This document shows, piece after piece, positions 11,101-22,499 of a stretch of DNA of 64,000 nucleotides. A model generated the notes under the pieces. The model searched no databases and was not told where the DNA came from. It saw only the letters and a list, made by a program, of their open reading frames with translations. Source of the DNA: Eledone cirrhosa (Eukaryota); NCBI GenBank assembly GCA_964016885.1, contig OZ024743.1, positions 353,586,001-353,650,000 on the forward strand. Reading direction: 5' to 3'. The number at the start of each line of letters is the position of its first letter. Within the stretch, counting starts at the first letter, position 1. Position numbers and translations under genes: made by a program.

Positions 11101-13005
11101 TGTGGTGGTGGTTGGTTGTGATGGTGGTTGTTGTGGTGGTTGGTTGTGGTGGTAGTTGTGGTTGTGGTGGTGGTTGGTTGTGGTGGTGGTTGGTTGTGGT
11201 GGTGGTTGGTTGTGGTGGTGGTTGGTTGTGGTGGTGGTTGATTGTGGTGGTAATTGTGGTTGTGGTGGTGGCTGGTTATAGTGGTGGTTGGTTGTGGTGG
11301 TGGTTAGTTGTGGTGGTGGTTGGTTGTGATGGTGGTTGGTTGTGGTGGTGGTTGGTTGTGGTGGTGGTTGATTGTGGTGGTAATTGTGGTTGTGGTGGTG
11401 GCTGGTTATAGTGGTGGTTGGTTGTGGTGGTGGTTAGTTGTGGTGGTGGTTGGTTGTGATGGTGGTTGGTTGTGGTGGTGGTTGGTTGTGGTGGTGGTTG
11501 GTTGTGGTGGTGGTTGGTTGTGGTGGTGGTTAGTTGTGGTGGTGGCTGGTTGTAGTGGTGGTTGGTTGTAGTGGTGGTTGGTTGTGGTGGTGGTTGGTTG
11601 TGGTGGTGGTTGGTTGTGGTGGTGGTTGGTTGTGGTGGTGGTTGGTTGTTGTGGTAGTTGTGGTTGTGGTGGTGGCTGTTTGTGGTGGTGGTTGGTTGTG
11701 GTGGTGGTTGGTTGTGGTGGTGGTTGGTTGCGGTGGTGATTGGTTGCGGTGGTGGTTTGTTGTGGTGGTGGTTGGTTGTGGTGGTAGTTGTGGTTGTGGT
11801 GGTGGCTGATTGTGGTGGTGGTTGGCTGTGGTGGTGGTTGGTTGTGGTGGTGGTTGGTTGTGGTGGTGGTTGGTTGTAGTGGTGGTGGTTGATTGTGGTG
11901 GTGGCTGGTTGTTGTGGTGGTTGATTGTGGTGGTAGTTGTGGTTGTGTTGGTGGCTGATTGTGGTGGTAGTTGTGGTTGTGGTGGTGGCTGAATGTGGTG
12001 GTGGTTGGTTGTGGTGGTGATTGGTTGTGGTGGTGGTTGGTTGTGGTGGTGGTTGGTTGTGGTGGTGGTTGGTTGATTGTGGTGGTAGTTGTGGTTGTGG
12101 TTCCTGGCTGGTTGTAGTGGTGGTTGGTTGTAGTCGTGGTTGGTTGTGGTGGTGGTTGGTTGTGGTGGTGGTTGGTTGTGGTGGTGGTTAGTTGTGGTGG
12201 TTGGTTGTTGTGGTGGTTGATTGTGGTGGTAGTTGTGGTTGTGGTAGTGGCTGGTTGTAGTGGTGGTTGGTTGTAGTGGTGGTTGGTTGTGGTGGTGGTT
12301 GATTGTGGTGGTAGTTGTGGTTGTGGTGGTGGCTGGTTGTGGTGGTGGTTGGTTGTAGTGGTGGTTGGTTGTGGTGGTAGTTGTGGTTGTGGTGGTGGCT
12401 GATTGTGGTGGTGGTTGGTTGTGGTGGTGGTTGATTGTGGTGGTGGTTGGTTGTGGTGGTGATTGGTTGTGGTGGTGGTTGGTTGTGGTGGTAGTTGTGG
12501 TTGTGGTGGTGGCTGATTGTGGTGGTGGTTGGCTGTGGTGGTGGTTGATTGTGGTGGTGGTTGGTTGTGGTGGTGATTGGTTGTGGTGGTGGTTGGTTGT
12601 GGTGGTGGTTGGTTGTGGTGGTGGTGGTTGGTTGTGGGGGTGGTTAGATGTGGTGGTAGTTGGTTGTGGTGATGGTGGTGGAGGTGGTGGTGAGTGGTGT
12701 TAGTGGGGGTGGTGGCGGTGGCTAGTTGTGTATGTGGTGGTGGTGGTGGTTGGTTGTGGTGGTAGCTGGTTGTGGTGATGGTTGCTTAAGGTGGTGATGT
12801 TGGAGATGGTAGAGGTTGGTTGTGGTGGTGGGTGTTGGAGATGGTGGTAGTTGGTTGTGGTGATGGTGGCGGCGGTGGTGGTGAGTGGTTGTTAGTGGTG
12901 GTGGTGGCGGTGGCTAGTTGTGTATTTGGTAGTGGTGGTTGGTTGTGGTGGTGGTTGCTTAAGGTGGTGATGTTGGAGATGGTAGAGGTTGGTTGTGGTG
13001 ATGGA
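2130..13005. repeat. G/T-rich complex satellite built from (GGT)n interrupted by TAGTTGT/TGGTTGT, with ~1.68-kb and ~5.0-kb higher-order duplications; degenerates after ~11000
   Basis: Direct reading. Identical or near-identical ORF-track translations recur at 4381/6062/9398, 4973/6654/9968, 5157/6838/10152 and 3428/8436. Confidence 0.95.
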
Positions 13006-13149
13006 TAGAAGTTGAAAGATGGACTTTAAGTAGATTGTATGTATCATCCATTGTCATTTGTTACTTTTGTCTGCTTATGCGTGTGAACCTAAGCGGACGG
13101 TGAGACCTGACCCACCAGCTTATGGTCTGAAAATGCTGACTGGGTGGTT

Positions 13150-15569
13150 GTAGGGGTGGATATATATGGCGATGTGGACCGTGGTAGGCCTGCTGCGTCT
13201 CTCGAGCATGGACGCCGATTTCTGCGAAAGACGATCACAGCCACTGAGATACGGGACGCTCTGGGCCGCTACGGGAAACGCAAATCACCCGGTTTAGATG
13301 GTCTACCCTATGAGTTTTACATAGGCATGCCGGACTTGTTCTCTGGCGTCATCGAAGCCGTCTACTGCAACTGGCAGCAGAACGGAAGAATTCCCAGTTC
13401 TGCAGACAGGGGTGTAGTAACGCTGATCAGGAAAGACGAGAACAAGGGGGACGACCTAAGCAACTTTAGGCCCATAGCTCTGCTCAACACAGAGTTAAAG
13501 ATTTTGGCCAAGGTGTTGGCAACGAGGTTAGCGCTTGTCGTCGAGAATCTGGTAGGGAAAGCGTAAACGTGTGCAATCCCGACCAGGTCCATAGACGACA
13601 ACCCCACCTCATGCGATACATCATAGAGAGGGTGGGGCGTAAACCCGGCTTCGGTGGGGCTCTGATCAATTTAGATCAGTCTAAGGCGTTCGATAGGGTC
13701 GACCATCAATACTTGGAAGCGTTTCTCAAGGCAGCCGGTTTCGGACCCGTCTTCAGGGGCTGGGTCGCCGCAATGCACACCAACATCTGCTCGATGGTCA
13801 AGGTGAACGGCTACCTATCGGAGCCGTTCGCAATCACGCGTTCCATCCGACAAGGATGTCCTCTCTCCTCCATTCTGTACGTACTGCTACTACTGCAGAA
13901 GTTGGAGCTGCTGCAGGGTCTCCTGTTGGAACTCTGACTGCGGAAAGCAGCGTCGGCTTATGCCGACGGCGTGACAGAAATGGTGTCGGAAACCTCGGAA
14001 ATCGTGGCGATCGGCAACTTACTGCAAGAATACGAAAGGCTCACAGGAGCAAAACTGAACCCGGACAAGTCTGTCGGTTTGCAACTCGGAACGTAGAGAG
14101 GCAAACCGATGCCGTCTGACAGCGCCGTCGGACGCTGGATGGACGGACCAGTGAAATTGCTCGGGGTCTGGTTCGGTCCGGACCTCCAGGTGGAGAAAAA
14201 CTGGAACGAGGTCACGGCCAAGATATTTGCGCTCACCCAGAAGTGGGCAGAGTGCAAACTATCTTTGAAATGTCGAGCGGAGGTGGCGAACACTTTCATA
14301 GCGTCCGTCATCTACTACCGCTTGACCGTCGTGCCTTGTCCCCCGTGAACACCTCACAAAGATGGAACGCATGCTCTTCCAGTTCCTTTGGAAGAAGCAG
14401 GCTCCACTGGTGAGGAGATCCGTCTGCTGTCAGCACCATTCCAACGGAGGGCTGAGAATGCCGTGGCTGAAGATGTGCAAGCATGCGCTGAGGCTACGGC
14501 ATCTACAGGTATTCCTCACCAACCCCCAACCGGTGTGGGCACCGTTTGTGAGACAGGCCTTCCCGCAACTTGTCTCGCTGACGGAGCTGCAGTCCTGGGT
14601 CAAGCGGAGACCGAAGAAGATGGGCGCCTGGCACATTGAATGCGCTCAGACGCTCACAGTCCGCTGTCAAGCGAGCACGGCAATCAGTGGAGGCTCCACT
14701 TCGACATTCTATAGAGGGCTAGTACTTTACAAGGGTGATGACGTGCTCGGATAGACTCTAGGCGTCGAAGACGACGAACTCACCAGTCTGTTTGGTAGGA
14801 CTTTCCACCCGGGACCTATGGACAACTTCCAGAGGTCCCTGGCCTGGCAGTGCTACCGAGGAGCTCTACCAATTCGTGACAAGATCTACAGGCACGGACG
14901 CCCAGGCAGAGATCCTTCCAAGAGGACGTGTCCAAGATGCGCGCAGGACATTGAAACCGTCCTGCACGCAATTGTACACTGCCCGGGCGTAACCGACCTG
15001 TGGAACTACGCGGAACAACTGCTGTCGCGTATGGGACAAATCCAGTTGACTGCCGAGTCCATAGTAGAGATCAAACCGCCAACTTCTTTCAAAAACGAAA
15101 GAGAGGCGGTTTTCCTCTGCATAGAGGCTATGGTGAAAGAGGTTATATGGTGGACGAGATTGAGAGGACTAAGGACAGATGCCTTTCTCTCCGGACAACA
15201 TTCTTTAGATACCACTTTAGAAGGAGAATCAGAGTGGAGAGAGAGGCACTGCACCCCAGTAAATTTACTGAAAGATGGGTGAATGATGCAAAAATGGCCT
15301 GAGTGATTGGGCCTTCTCTGTATATAAACCTGTAGGTTGAAGAAGAGAGCAAAAGGAAGAAAGGAGCACTTACACAACACGCTCCTGAAGTTGAGGGTTG
15401 TTCTATCGACGGGGTATTAAACAACCCATTTGTGGCGCTTCCCCCCATATTGGGGATTTAGATTGTTATAATTGTTTGTTTCATATTTTTTTACACGATT
15501 GTATGTAAAATCCCCGGCATGTCTTTGTTTTGTCCCCTTTTCTTGTGCGCCCTTGTGGCTAGTAAAGAA

Positions 15570-15570
<1 letters not shown>
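13150..15570 (+). mobile_element. 5'-truncated, decayed L1/Tx1-clade non-LTR retrotransposon (RT, C-terminal domain and 3'UTR)
   Basis: Frameshifted or stop-interrupted pieces KSPGLDGLPYEFY, NFRPIALLNTELKILAK, LDQSKAFDRVDH, SIRQGCPLS, KLLGVWFG, CPRC..ETVLHAIVHC, collinear with ORF2 at 17705-21139. 3' end CCCTTGTGGC..AAAGAAA then (TATC)n. Confidence 0.93.
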
Positions 15571-15619
<49 letters not shown>

Positions 15620-15660
15620 ATATCTATCTATCTATCTATCGATCTATCTATCTATCTATC
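15570..15660. repeat. (TATC)n/(GATA)n tract: tail of the upstream LINE and 5' flank of the downstream LINE
   Basis: Direct reading. Confidence 0.95.
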
Positions 15661-15863
15661 TTGATAGAGTAAGACACGCTTCGCATCGGCTCCGCTATTC
15701 CATCGGGATTTACCCTTACTATTGTAAGTACCGGATAAATTTTTTAGTGCAACACATTTGGAACACTAACCCCTGTTATTTAGGGAAACATTTTTGCATT
15801 TACCCCCTTTTTAGGGGGTAAAATAAATATCTATTTTTGCCGAAAAATTTCTTTCTTGGCAGC

Positions 15864-17699
15864 ATGGCGGAAAAGATGGCAGACATGTCTGCCATTAGCT
15901 CTGCCACGCCCCCCAAGTCTGAAGAACAAAAAATAATTACAACAAAATTAGACATTGAAACAAACAAACAAAATGAAAAAACAAATGTTAAGGAAAATGA
16001 GCAAACAGAAAACAAACAAACAGAAAATAATACAAATAACGACAGGGCAACTTTCGCCCAGAAAACAAAGCAATCCATTACATACACACCAATTTACCTA
16101 ACTGCCGCCAGAGAAAAACTGGCCGAAGCAAAGAAACATATTGTTTTGGGGGAGAATGGAATGTTTTCCATTAACTCCCCCCCAGAATTCAAGAAAGCCA
16201 GAGCAGAAAACACAGTTATATACAGAACTATACTAAACCAGTCAAGAAAGCCAGCACAGCCCAGCCAAATGGAAATAGAGTTAGTCCTAAAAGACTATAT
16301 GAAGAATATTCTCTTCATACGAAAGGACCGACTCTATGGCAGCATTTCGGTCCTAACAAGAGACAAAGAAACGGCGGTTCAGCTTTCCCTAAGCCCACTC
16401 TCGTCGACAACATATAGCTTCTATCCCTCCTACATGGGTAGAAGAACACAGAGAATAAAAGTAAAAACAATGCTGCCCACAATGGACTTCTGGTGGGCTA
16501 TTGCTGGCTTCATTGATATGGGCGAAGACACTATGCTGTCAATGGGGAAGGCAACTGGAGATGCGTTCCTGGGAATGGGCCTCGACATACTAGTCCAAAT
16601 GAGGCCCGAAAGAATAGCACAAATCCCGGATCGCATCTGGCTGGATGACCTTACCCCAATAGACATAATTGTAGAGGGGAGAAGACCAGCATGCTATTTA
16701 TGCATGGAAAGGGGACACGTTAAGGCTAACTGCCCGAAACGTATCCCCCAAAAAGGACTATTGCCCACACCCACCACAAACAGTACACCAGCACCACCCA
16801 CCTCCAAAAATACACTAATACCACACACAGCAAACAAAATACAGACACCACCAACCACAAACACAACACAAACATCACCACCACCAGCACCAAACACAAG
16901 CACGACACAAAAATCACCACCACCAACCACAACACAAACATCACCACCACCATTACCAACCACAAGCACGACACAAACATTACCACCACCACCACCACAA
17001 AACCCATTCCAAACAAATAATAAAAAAAACAGTAACAAATCTACCCCTCCCGCAAAAAAAAAACAACCACACAACACGTCCCTCCCACCTAGCGCTGAAG
17101 AGTTTCCCCCAACTTCTGAAGAAGAAGGAGGAGAAGCCTTCAGACAAGTTAAAAGAAAAAAAAGAAAACACACACCCAGCACACCACAAATAACCCACAC
17201 ACAAACACCAACTCCAATCAAAAACACCCCACCCTCAACAAACAAAAATAAATCTGCGCCTCCCCTCTCCGAAACATTGACAGCATCACAAAAAAAGACG
17301 TTGCAATACACATATATAAATAAAGAAAACAAAAAACTGGTTAAATTAATAAACAATAACCCTATGGTGCAGACCGAAGGGCCAAACTTTATCTCAACAG
17401 AGAACTTCACCCATTTAAAAATGATAAAGGTCCCTCTGGACCTTTATCGTTCCTTAAAAGAACAATTTAGACGGGACGTGAGCCCCCCCTGTTTAAAACC
17501 GTTGAATCGCGTCCTCTTGAAAGATTTCCCCATAACCGCCCCTCTCCCTGACACAACTCCAAATACCCCAACCCCACCACACACGTGTACCCCCACACCA
17601 CCACAAAACATCCCTCCACCCAACACACCTGATGCCATGGAAATTACGCAACCCGGAGAGGTAAGTGCTTTTCTTTCTTCACTTTCAACACCAAAATAG
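15864..17699 (+). CDS. LINE ORF1p (gag-like nucleic-acid-binding protein with a CCHC zinc knuckle and Pro/Thr-rich C-terminal half)
   Basis: Uninterrupted ORF; first ATG at 15864 (track starts at TTG 15837). CYLCMERGHVKANC = CX2CX4HX4C; basic patch VKRKKRKH; lies directly upstream of ORF2. Confidence 0.88.
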   Translation: MAEKMADMSAISSATPPKSEEQKIITTKLDIETNKQNEKTNVKENEQTENKQTENNTNNDRATFAQKTKQSITYTPIYLTAAREKLAEAKKHIVLGENGMFSINSPPEFKKARAENTVIYRTILNQSRKPAQPSQMEIELVLKDYMKNILFIRKDRLYGSISVLTRDKETAVQLSLSPLSSTTYSFYPSYMGRRTQRIKVKTMLPTMDFWWAIAGFIDMGEDTMLSMGKATGDAFLGMGLDILVQMRPERIAQIPDRIWLDDLTPIDIIVEGRRPACYLCMERGHVKANCPKRIPQKGLLPTPTTNSTPAPPTSKNTLIPHTANKIQTPPTTNTTQTSPPPAPNTSTTQKSPPPTTTQTSPPPLPTTSTTQTLPPPPPQNPFQTNNKKNSNKSTPPAKKKQPHNTSLPPSAEEFPPTSEEEGGEAFRQVKRKKRKHTPSTPQITHTQTPTPIKNTPPSTNKNKSAPPLSETLTASQKKTLQYTYINKENKKLVKLINNNPMVQTEGPNFISTENFTHLKMIKVPLDLYRSLKEQFRRDVSPPCLKPLNRVLLKDFPITAPLPDTTPNTPTPPHTCTPTPPQNIPPPNTPDAMEITQPGEVSAFLSSLSTPK

Positions 17700-17704
17700 A
17701 TCAA

Positions 17705-20700
17705 TTGAGAGTTGGCTGTTTGAACGCGCGTGGCCTGAGCTCAGCTTGGAAGCAAGCAAAGCTTCTAAGTGACCTCAGGTCACAAAGTATAGATGTCATG
17801 GTTGTTTGCGAGAGTCGGATCAGCAGCGTGAGACAGCTGGCGCCCGCCTTCGATGACTTTGAGATGCACGCATCTCTCTGTCAACCCGGAGGCGGGGGGG
17901 GGGGGGGAGTTGCCGTACTGCTGGATAAACGTCTGACTCTCGACGTACAGATTGTTCACTCGGACCCGGGGGGTCGATTACTGGTGCTGGACGTCGGAGG
18001 TGGTGAAGGCGGGGCTTTCAGACTGGTCGGTCTTTATGCTCCCTTCGGGGCGGAGAGAGCCGACTTCTTCCAACGTCTGGAGACTTTTCTAGGAACGTCG
18101 CGTTCCCTGCTTTTAGTGGGGGACTGGAATGGAATCCTAGATGCGCGTTGGGACTATGCAGGGGCATGTCCCGATAGAGGGGGGTGTAGCAGCCTCAAGG
18201 GGTTACTCGATCGATTCGACCTGGTCGATAGATTTCGACTAGATTGTCCAACTGCGCCAACCTGGACCTGGGCAAACCGCAGTGGACAATCTAGATCGTA
18301 CCTAGATAGGTTTTTGGTTAGGAGTAAGGATAGGGACGTATTTAGTTGTCCAGAACTGATCATGGTTGGCTATTCAGATCACAAATTAGTGACCTGCGTG
18401 GTCAACCTTGATAGAACGCATAGACAGGGTCCCGGTTACTGGAAGATGAACTTGTCCTTACCGACAAAGAAAGATTACAGAAACCGGATTAGTAGCTTAG
18501 TTAAGATGCGGTTGACGGGAGCGATCGTCAACAGTAGGTGGTGGATATCTCTAAAGAGAGAGATTAGAGTAAGTTCGATAGGTTACAGTAAGGAACTAGC
18601 GGCGAATAGAAATAGGAGGGAAAGGGAGTTAACAGATAAACTAGAAGAGGCGATTAGGAGCGGAGACGTAGCCAGAGTGTTAGCGACGAGAACGGCATTG
18701 AGCCAGTTCTTTGACGCGAAGCACGAAGGCTGCGTTGTCCGAAGTAAAATACGTGCTTTAGGAAACGAGGGGACCAAAGCTGTTAGCTGGGCCCGCGTGA
18801 CAGAAGCCAAGAGTGGGATTAAATCCACCATTCGGTCTTTGCGAGACCAGGATGGACGGGTGATCCTTGAACCTGAGCGAATGTGCGAGACCTTTCAAAG
18901 GCACTTTGCTCGACTGTTCGGAGGTGGCGGGGGGCCGGACGGGGATGTGGACTTCGGTCCATACCTCGACGGTCTACCGCGTCTTTCGAGCGGCGAAGCG
19001 GAGTGCTGCGAAGGGCCAATCACAGCCACTGAAATCGGGGAAGCGCTCAGCCAATGCAGCAGACGCAAATCCCCGGGTCTCGATGGTCTACCATACGAAC
19101 TTTATTTAGCTATGCCGGTCTTGTTCTCCGAACTCCTCGAGGCTGTCTATTGCAACTGGCAACAGAACGGGAGAATTCCCTGTTCTGTGACCAAGGGCGT
19201 GGTCACGCTAGTGAGGAAGGACGAGAGCAAGGGGGACGACTTAAGTAACTTTAGGCCCATAACTCTGCTGAATGCAGAGTTACAGATTTTGGCCAAGGTG
19301 TTGGCGAAGAGGTTGGCGCTTGTGGTAGGTGGTTTGGTGGGAGACGCGCAGACATGCGCTATCCCGTCCAGGTCCATTCACGACAACCTCCACCTCATGC
19401 GATACATCATAGAGAGGGTTGGCTACGAACCCGGCTTTGGTGGGGCCCTGATCAACTTGGATCAATCTAAGGCGTTCGATAGGGTCGACCATGGTTACCT
19501 GGATGCGGTGCTAGCGGCGGCGGGCTTCGGACCCGTTTTCAGGGGCTGGATTTCTGCCATGCACAGTGGCAACATCTACTCTAGGATTAAAGTAAACGGC
19601 TACCTCTCGGAGCCGTTTCAAATCACCCGATCCATCAGACAGGGGTGCCCCCTCTCCTCCCTTCTGTACGTATTGACTCTCGAGCCACTGCTGCGGAAGT
19701 TGGAGTTGCTGCGGGGCATCCCTTTGGAACCGGGATTGCACAAAGCGGTCTCGGCCTATGCCGACGACGTAACAGTAATGGTGGCGGACGCCTCGGAAAT
19801 CGGGGCGATCGCCATCCTACTGGAGGAATACGAAAGGCTGACGGGGGCTAAGCTGAACCAGGACAAGTCAGTCGGTTTGCAACTCGGAACGTGGAGGGGC
19901 AAACCGATGCCGTTAGACGGTGTCGTCGGGCGGTGGACGGAGGGCCCGGTGAAGCTGCTCGGGGTCTGGTTCGGACCGGACCTCCAGGTGGAGAAGAATT
20001 GGGGCGAGGTGACGAGCAGGGTGTTTGCGCTGACCCAGAAGTGGGCCAAGTGCAAACTATCACTGAAAGGTCGGGCGGAGGTGACGAACGCTTACATAGC
20101 GTCCGTCATCTACTACCGCCTGACCGTCGTGCCTTGCCCCAAGGAAAAGCTCACCATCATGGAACGCATGCTCTTCCAGTTCCTCTGGAAGAAGCGGCCT
20201 CCCATGGTGAGGAGATCCATCTGCTGCCAGCACCCTTCGAAAGGAGGGCTGGGTATGCCGTGGCTGTTGATGCGTAGGCACGCATTGAGGCTACGGCATC
20301 TACAGGTATTCCTCAACGGTCAGCCGGTGTGGGCCCCGTTTGTGAGGCGAGCCTTCCCACAGCTCGTCTCGCTCACCGAACTGCAATCCTGGGTGAAGCA
20401 AAGACCGAGAAAACTGGGCAACTGGCACACTGAGTGTGCCCAGGCGCTCACGGCTATCTGGCAAGCGGACCCGACTGTCAGTGGAGAATCCACCTCGACA
20501 TTCTATAGAGGGTTGGTGGCTAGCAGGGGCGACGACACCCTTGGAGAGTCGCTAGGCATGGAGGAGGACGAACTGGCCAGCCTGTTCGGTAGAACTTTCG
20601 GCCCGGGACCCATGGACAACTTCCAGAGGTCCCTAGCCTGGCAGTGTTACCGGGGGGCTCTGCCCGTTCGAGAAAAGCTCTACAGACACGGGCGCCCGGG

Positions 20701-21139
20701 CAGGGATCCCGCGAAAAAGATCTGTCCCAGATGCGTGCGCGACGAGGAAACCGTTGCGCATGCACTGGTACACTGCCCGGGCGTTGCCGATCTGTGGGAC
20801 TACGTCGAACGACTGCTGTCGCGTGTGGCACCGATTCGATTAACCGCCGAGTCTGTGGTGAACATCAAGCCGCCTCCCCCCTTCAGAAATGAAGCAGAGG
20901 CGGTCTTTCTGTGCGTAATAGCCATGATGAAAGAGGTTGTGTGGTGGACGCGCCTGAAAGGTCTGAGGTCGGGTGACTTTCTCTCCGGCCATCACCTGGT
21001 TTACTTCTTCCGATACCACTTCGGAAGAAGAATCAGGATGGAGAGAGAAGTGCTTGGTCCCAGACAGTTTTATGAAAGGTGGGTGAAAGAAGCGAGAATG
21101 GCCCGTGTAAATGGGCCTTCTCTCTACATTGTTCTGTAG
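17705..21139 (+). CDS. LINE ORF2p: apurinic-like endonuclease, reverse transcriptase and C-terminal zinc motif
   Basis: APE motifs LNARGL, VCE, LYAP, GDWN, SYLDRF, SDH; RT motifs KSPGLDGL, FRPITLLN, LDQSKAFDRVDH, RQGCPLS, YADD, LLG; C-terminal CPRC...HALVHC. 1144 codons with no stop; non-ATG start. Confidence 0.96.
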   Translation: MRVGCLNARGLSSAWKQAKLLSDLRSQSIDVMVVCESRISSVRQLAPAFDDFEMHASLCQPGGGGGGGVAVLLDKRLTLDVQIVHSDPGGRLLVLDVGGGEGGAFRLVGLYAPFGAERADFFQRLETFLGTSRSLLLVGDWNGILDARWDYAGACPDRGGCSSLKGLLDRFDLVDRFRLDCPTAPTWTWANRSGQSRSYLDRFLVRSKDRDVFSCPELIMVGYSDHKLVTCVVNLDRTHRQGPGYWKMNLSLPTKKDYRNRISSLVKMRLTGAIVNSRWWISLKREIRVSSIGYSKELAANRNRRERELTDKLEEAIRSGDVARVLATRTALSQFFDAKHEGCVVRSKIRALGNEGTKAVSWARVTEAKSGIKSTIRSLRDQDGRVILEPERMCETFQRHFARLFGGGGGPDGDVDFGPYLDGLPRLSSGEAECCEGPITATEIGEALSQCSRRKSPGLDGLPYELYLAMPVLFSELLEAVYCNWQQNGRIPCSVTKGVVTLVRKDESKGDDLSNFRPITLLNAELQILAKVLAKRLALVVGGLVGDAQTCAIPSRSIHDNLHLMRYIIERVGYEPGFGGALINLDQSKAFDRVDHGYLDAVLAAAGFGPVFRGWISAMHSGNIYSRIKVNGYLSEPFQITRSIRQGCPLSSLLYVLTLEPLLRKLELLRGIPLEPGLHKAVSAYADDVTVMVADASEIGAIAILLEEYERLTGAKLNQDKSVGLQLGTWRGKPMPLDGVVGRWTEGPVKLLGVWFGPDLQVEKNWGEVTSRVFALTQKWAKCKLSLKGRAEVTNAYIASVIYYRLTVVPCPKEKLTIMERMLFQFLWKKRPPMVRRSICCQHPSKGGLGMPWLLMRRHALRLRHLQVFLNGQPVWAPFVRRAFPQLVSLTELQSWVKQRPRKLGNWHTECAQALTAIWQADPTVSGESTSTFYRGLVASRGDDTLGESLGMEEDELASLFGRTFGPGPMDNFQRSLAWQCYRGALPVREKLYRHGRPGRDPAKKICPRCVRDEETVAHALVHCPGVADLWDYVERLLSRVAPIRLTAESVVNIKPPPPFRNEAEAVFLCVIAMMKEVVWWTRLKGLRSGDFLSGHHLVYFFRYHFGRRIRMEREVLGPRQFYERWVKEARMARVNGPSLYIVL

Positions 21140-21370
21140 GTGAAGAAGTGAAGAGGAAAGGGGGAGCGCCTCCTCTCTGGGCTTCCCCCGCGAAAAGAGT
21201 TGCACACTTTTCGGGGGTATGTGCAATCCCCAACACGCCCCCTCCCTTTTGAGGACTTTTTATTGTTATATTATTATTGTTATTCCTTTTTTCTTTACTC
21301 GATTTATGTAAACTCCCCCACTGTGTAAATGTCCCCTTCTTTTGTGCCCTCGTGGCAAATAAATAGAAAT

Positions 21371-21660
<290 letters not shown>

Positions 21661-21760
21661 AATGTGGGGGGGATTCCAAATGGGTATCGGGAGATGACCA
21701 TAGATAAAAAAAGGTACTCAATAAGTTGGTTGAGTATAGACCTCTTTATTTTATATAGAT

Positions 21761-21811
21761 GATTTCCTGTTGATTTCATAAGAATGAAACAGTTCTAGTT
21801 CTGCAGAAGTC
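21761..21811 (+). pseudogene. Degenerate hammerhead ribozyme (same family as 30104-30218)
   Basis: GATTTC-CTGTTGA-tttcataagaat-GAAACAG-ttctagtt-CTGCA-GAAGTC. Helices are kept but the core is mutated (CUGAUGA>CUGUUGA, GUA>GCA). Upstream 21685-21760 matches 30040-30107. Confidence 0.7.
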
Positions 21812-21829
21812 AATTCTTTATATAAATAT

Positions 21830-22016
21830 ATATCAGATAGGGTGTGGTAAAATACCAGGTGGACCATAACCCACCAGAGTACTCGATACTTGGGGTTGTA
21901 GAGTGGATAATATGAAAAGATTCGGGACCCCGACGGCTGAGCTCCGGCCGTTTCGACAGCTAGATCGGATCTAGCTGTCGAAACGGCCGGAGCTCAGCCG
22001 TCGGGTTCCTGAATTT

Positions 22017-22024
<8 letters not shown>
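21830..22024. mobile_element. Fold-back palindrome made of the 3' half of a hammerhead, with an asymmetric tail; Penelope-like pLTR-type relic next to (AT)n
   Basis: Arms 21910-21966 and 21968-22024. Each arm reads GAAAC-GGC-cggagctca-GCC-GTC-GGG (GAAA box, helix III, GUC triplet); the centre is GACAGCTAGA/TCTAGCTGTC. A homologue of the tail lies at 40304-40420. Confidence 0.7.
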
Positions 22025-22063
<39 letters not shown>

Positions 22064-22499
22064 TGTGTGTGTGTGTGTGTTTGTGTGTGCATGGGATGTG
22101 TTGAAGGTCACCATATCTTTAATAAGCTAATAATTTTACCAAGTAAGGTGAAGAATGATGAAATATGTAATCATCTCACGTTTATATGCTGGATGTTTAT
22201 ATTTCATCCATCTTGAAAATTATTTCCATTGCGCAAGAAATAATTTAGTGACAGCACATTATTTTATAGTCAAATTATTTTATAAAAATGTTGAAACTGC
22301 TATCGCAAAATCAGATTCTGCAAAGCTCAACATGGTCTACTCAACAACTCATTTGCAACAAAAGAAATTACAATTTTTAAAATGTATTATGTTATGCTAT
22401 ATATGTTGGCATCTTGTGCAAGTGTCTTTATCATAGCCTCAAATCGTTTCAAGCCTTGTGAGTGAAATTAGGTGAACAGAAAATTGTATGGAAGTCCAC

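Larger units (their letters stand above)
15661..21370 (+). mobile_element. Full-length, apparently intact L1/Tx1-clade non-LTR retrotransposon
   Basis: ~200-bp 5'UTR, ORF1, ORF2 (APE+RT+Cys/His), ~230-bp 3'UTR with AATAAA at ~21357; flanked on both sides by (TATC)n. Confidence 0.93.

Noticed and set aside
2130-13005. Telomeric repeat or Trp/Val/Gly-rich proteins
   Set aside because: The motif is GGTTAGTTGT, not TTAGGG or TTAGG; the ORFs are low-complexity artefacts
18154-21236. Antisense and alternative-frame ORFs within the LINE
   Set aside because: Shadows of the GC-rich ORF2 with no motifs
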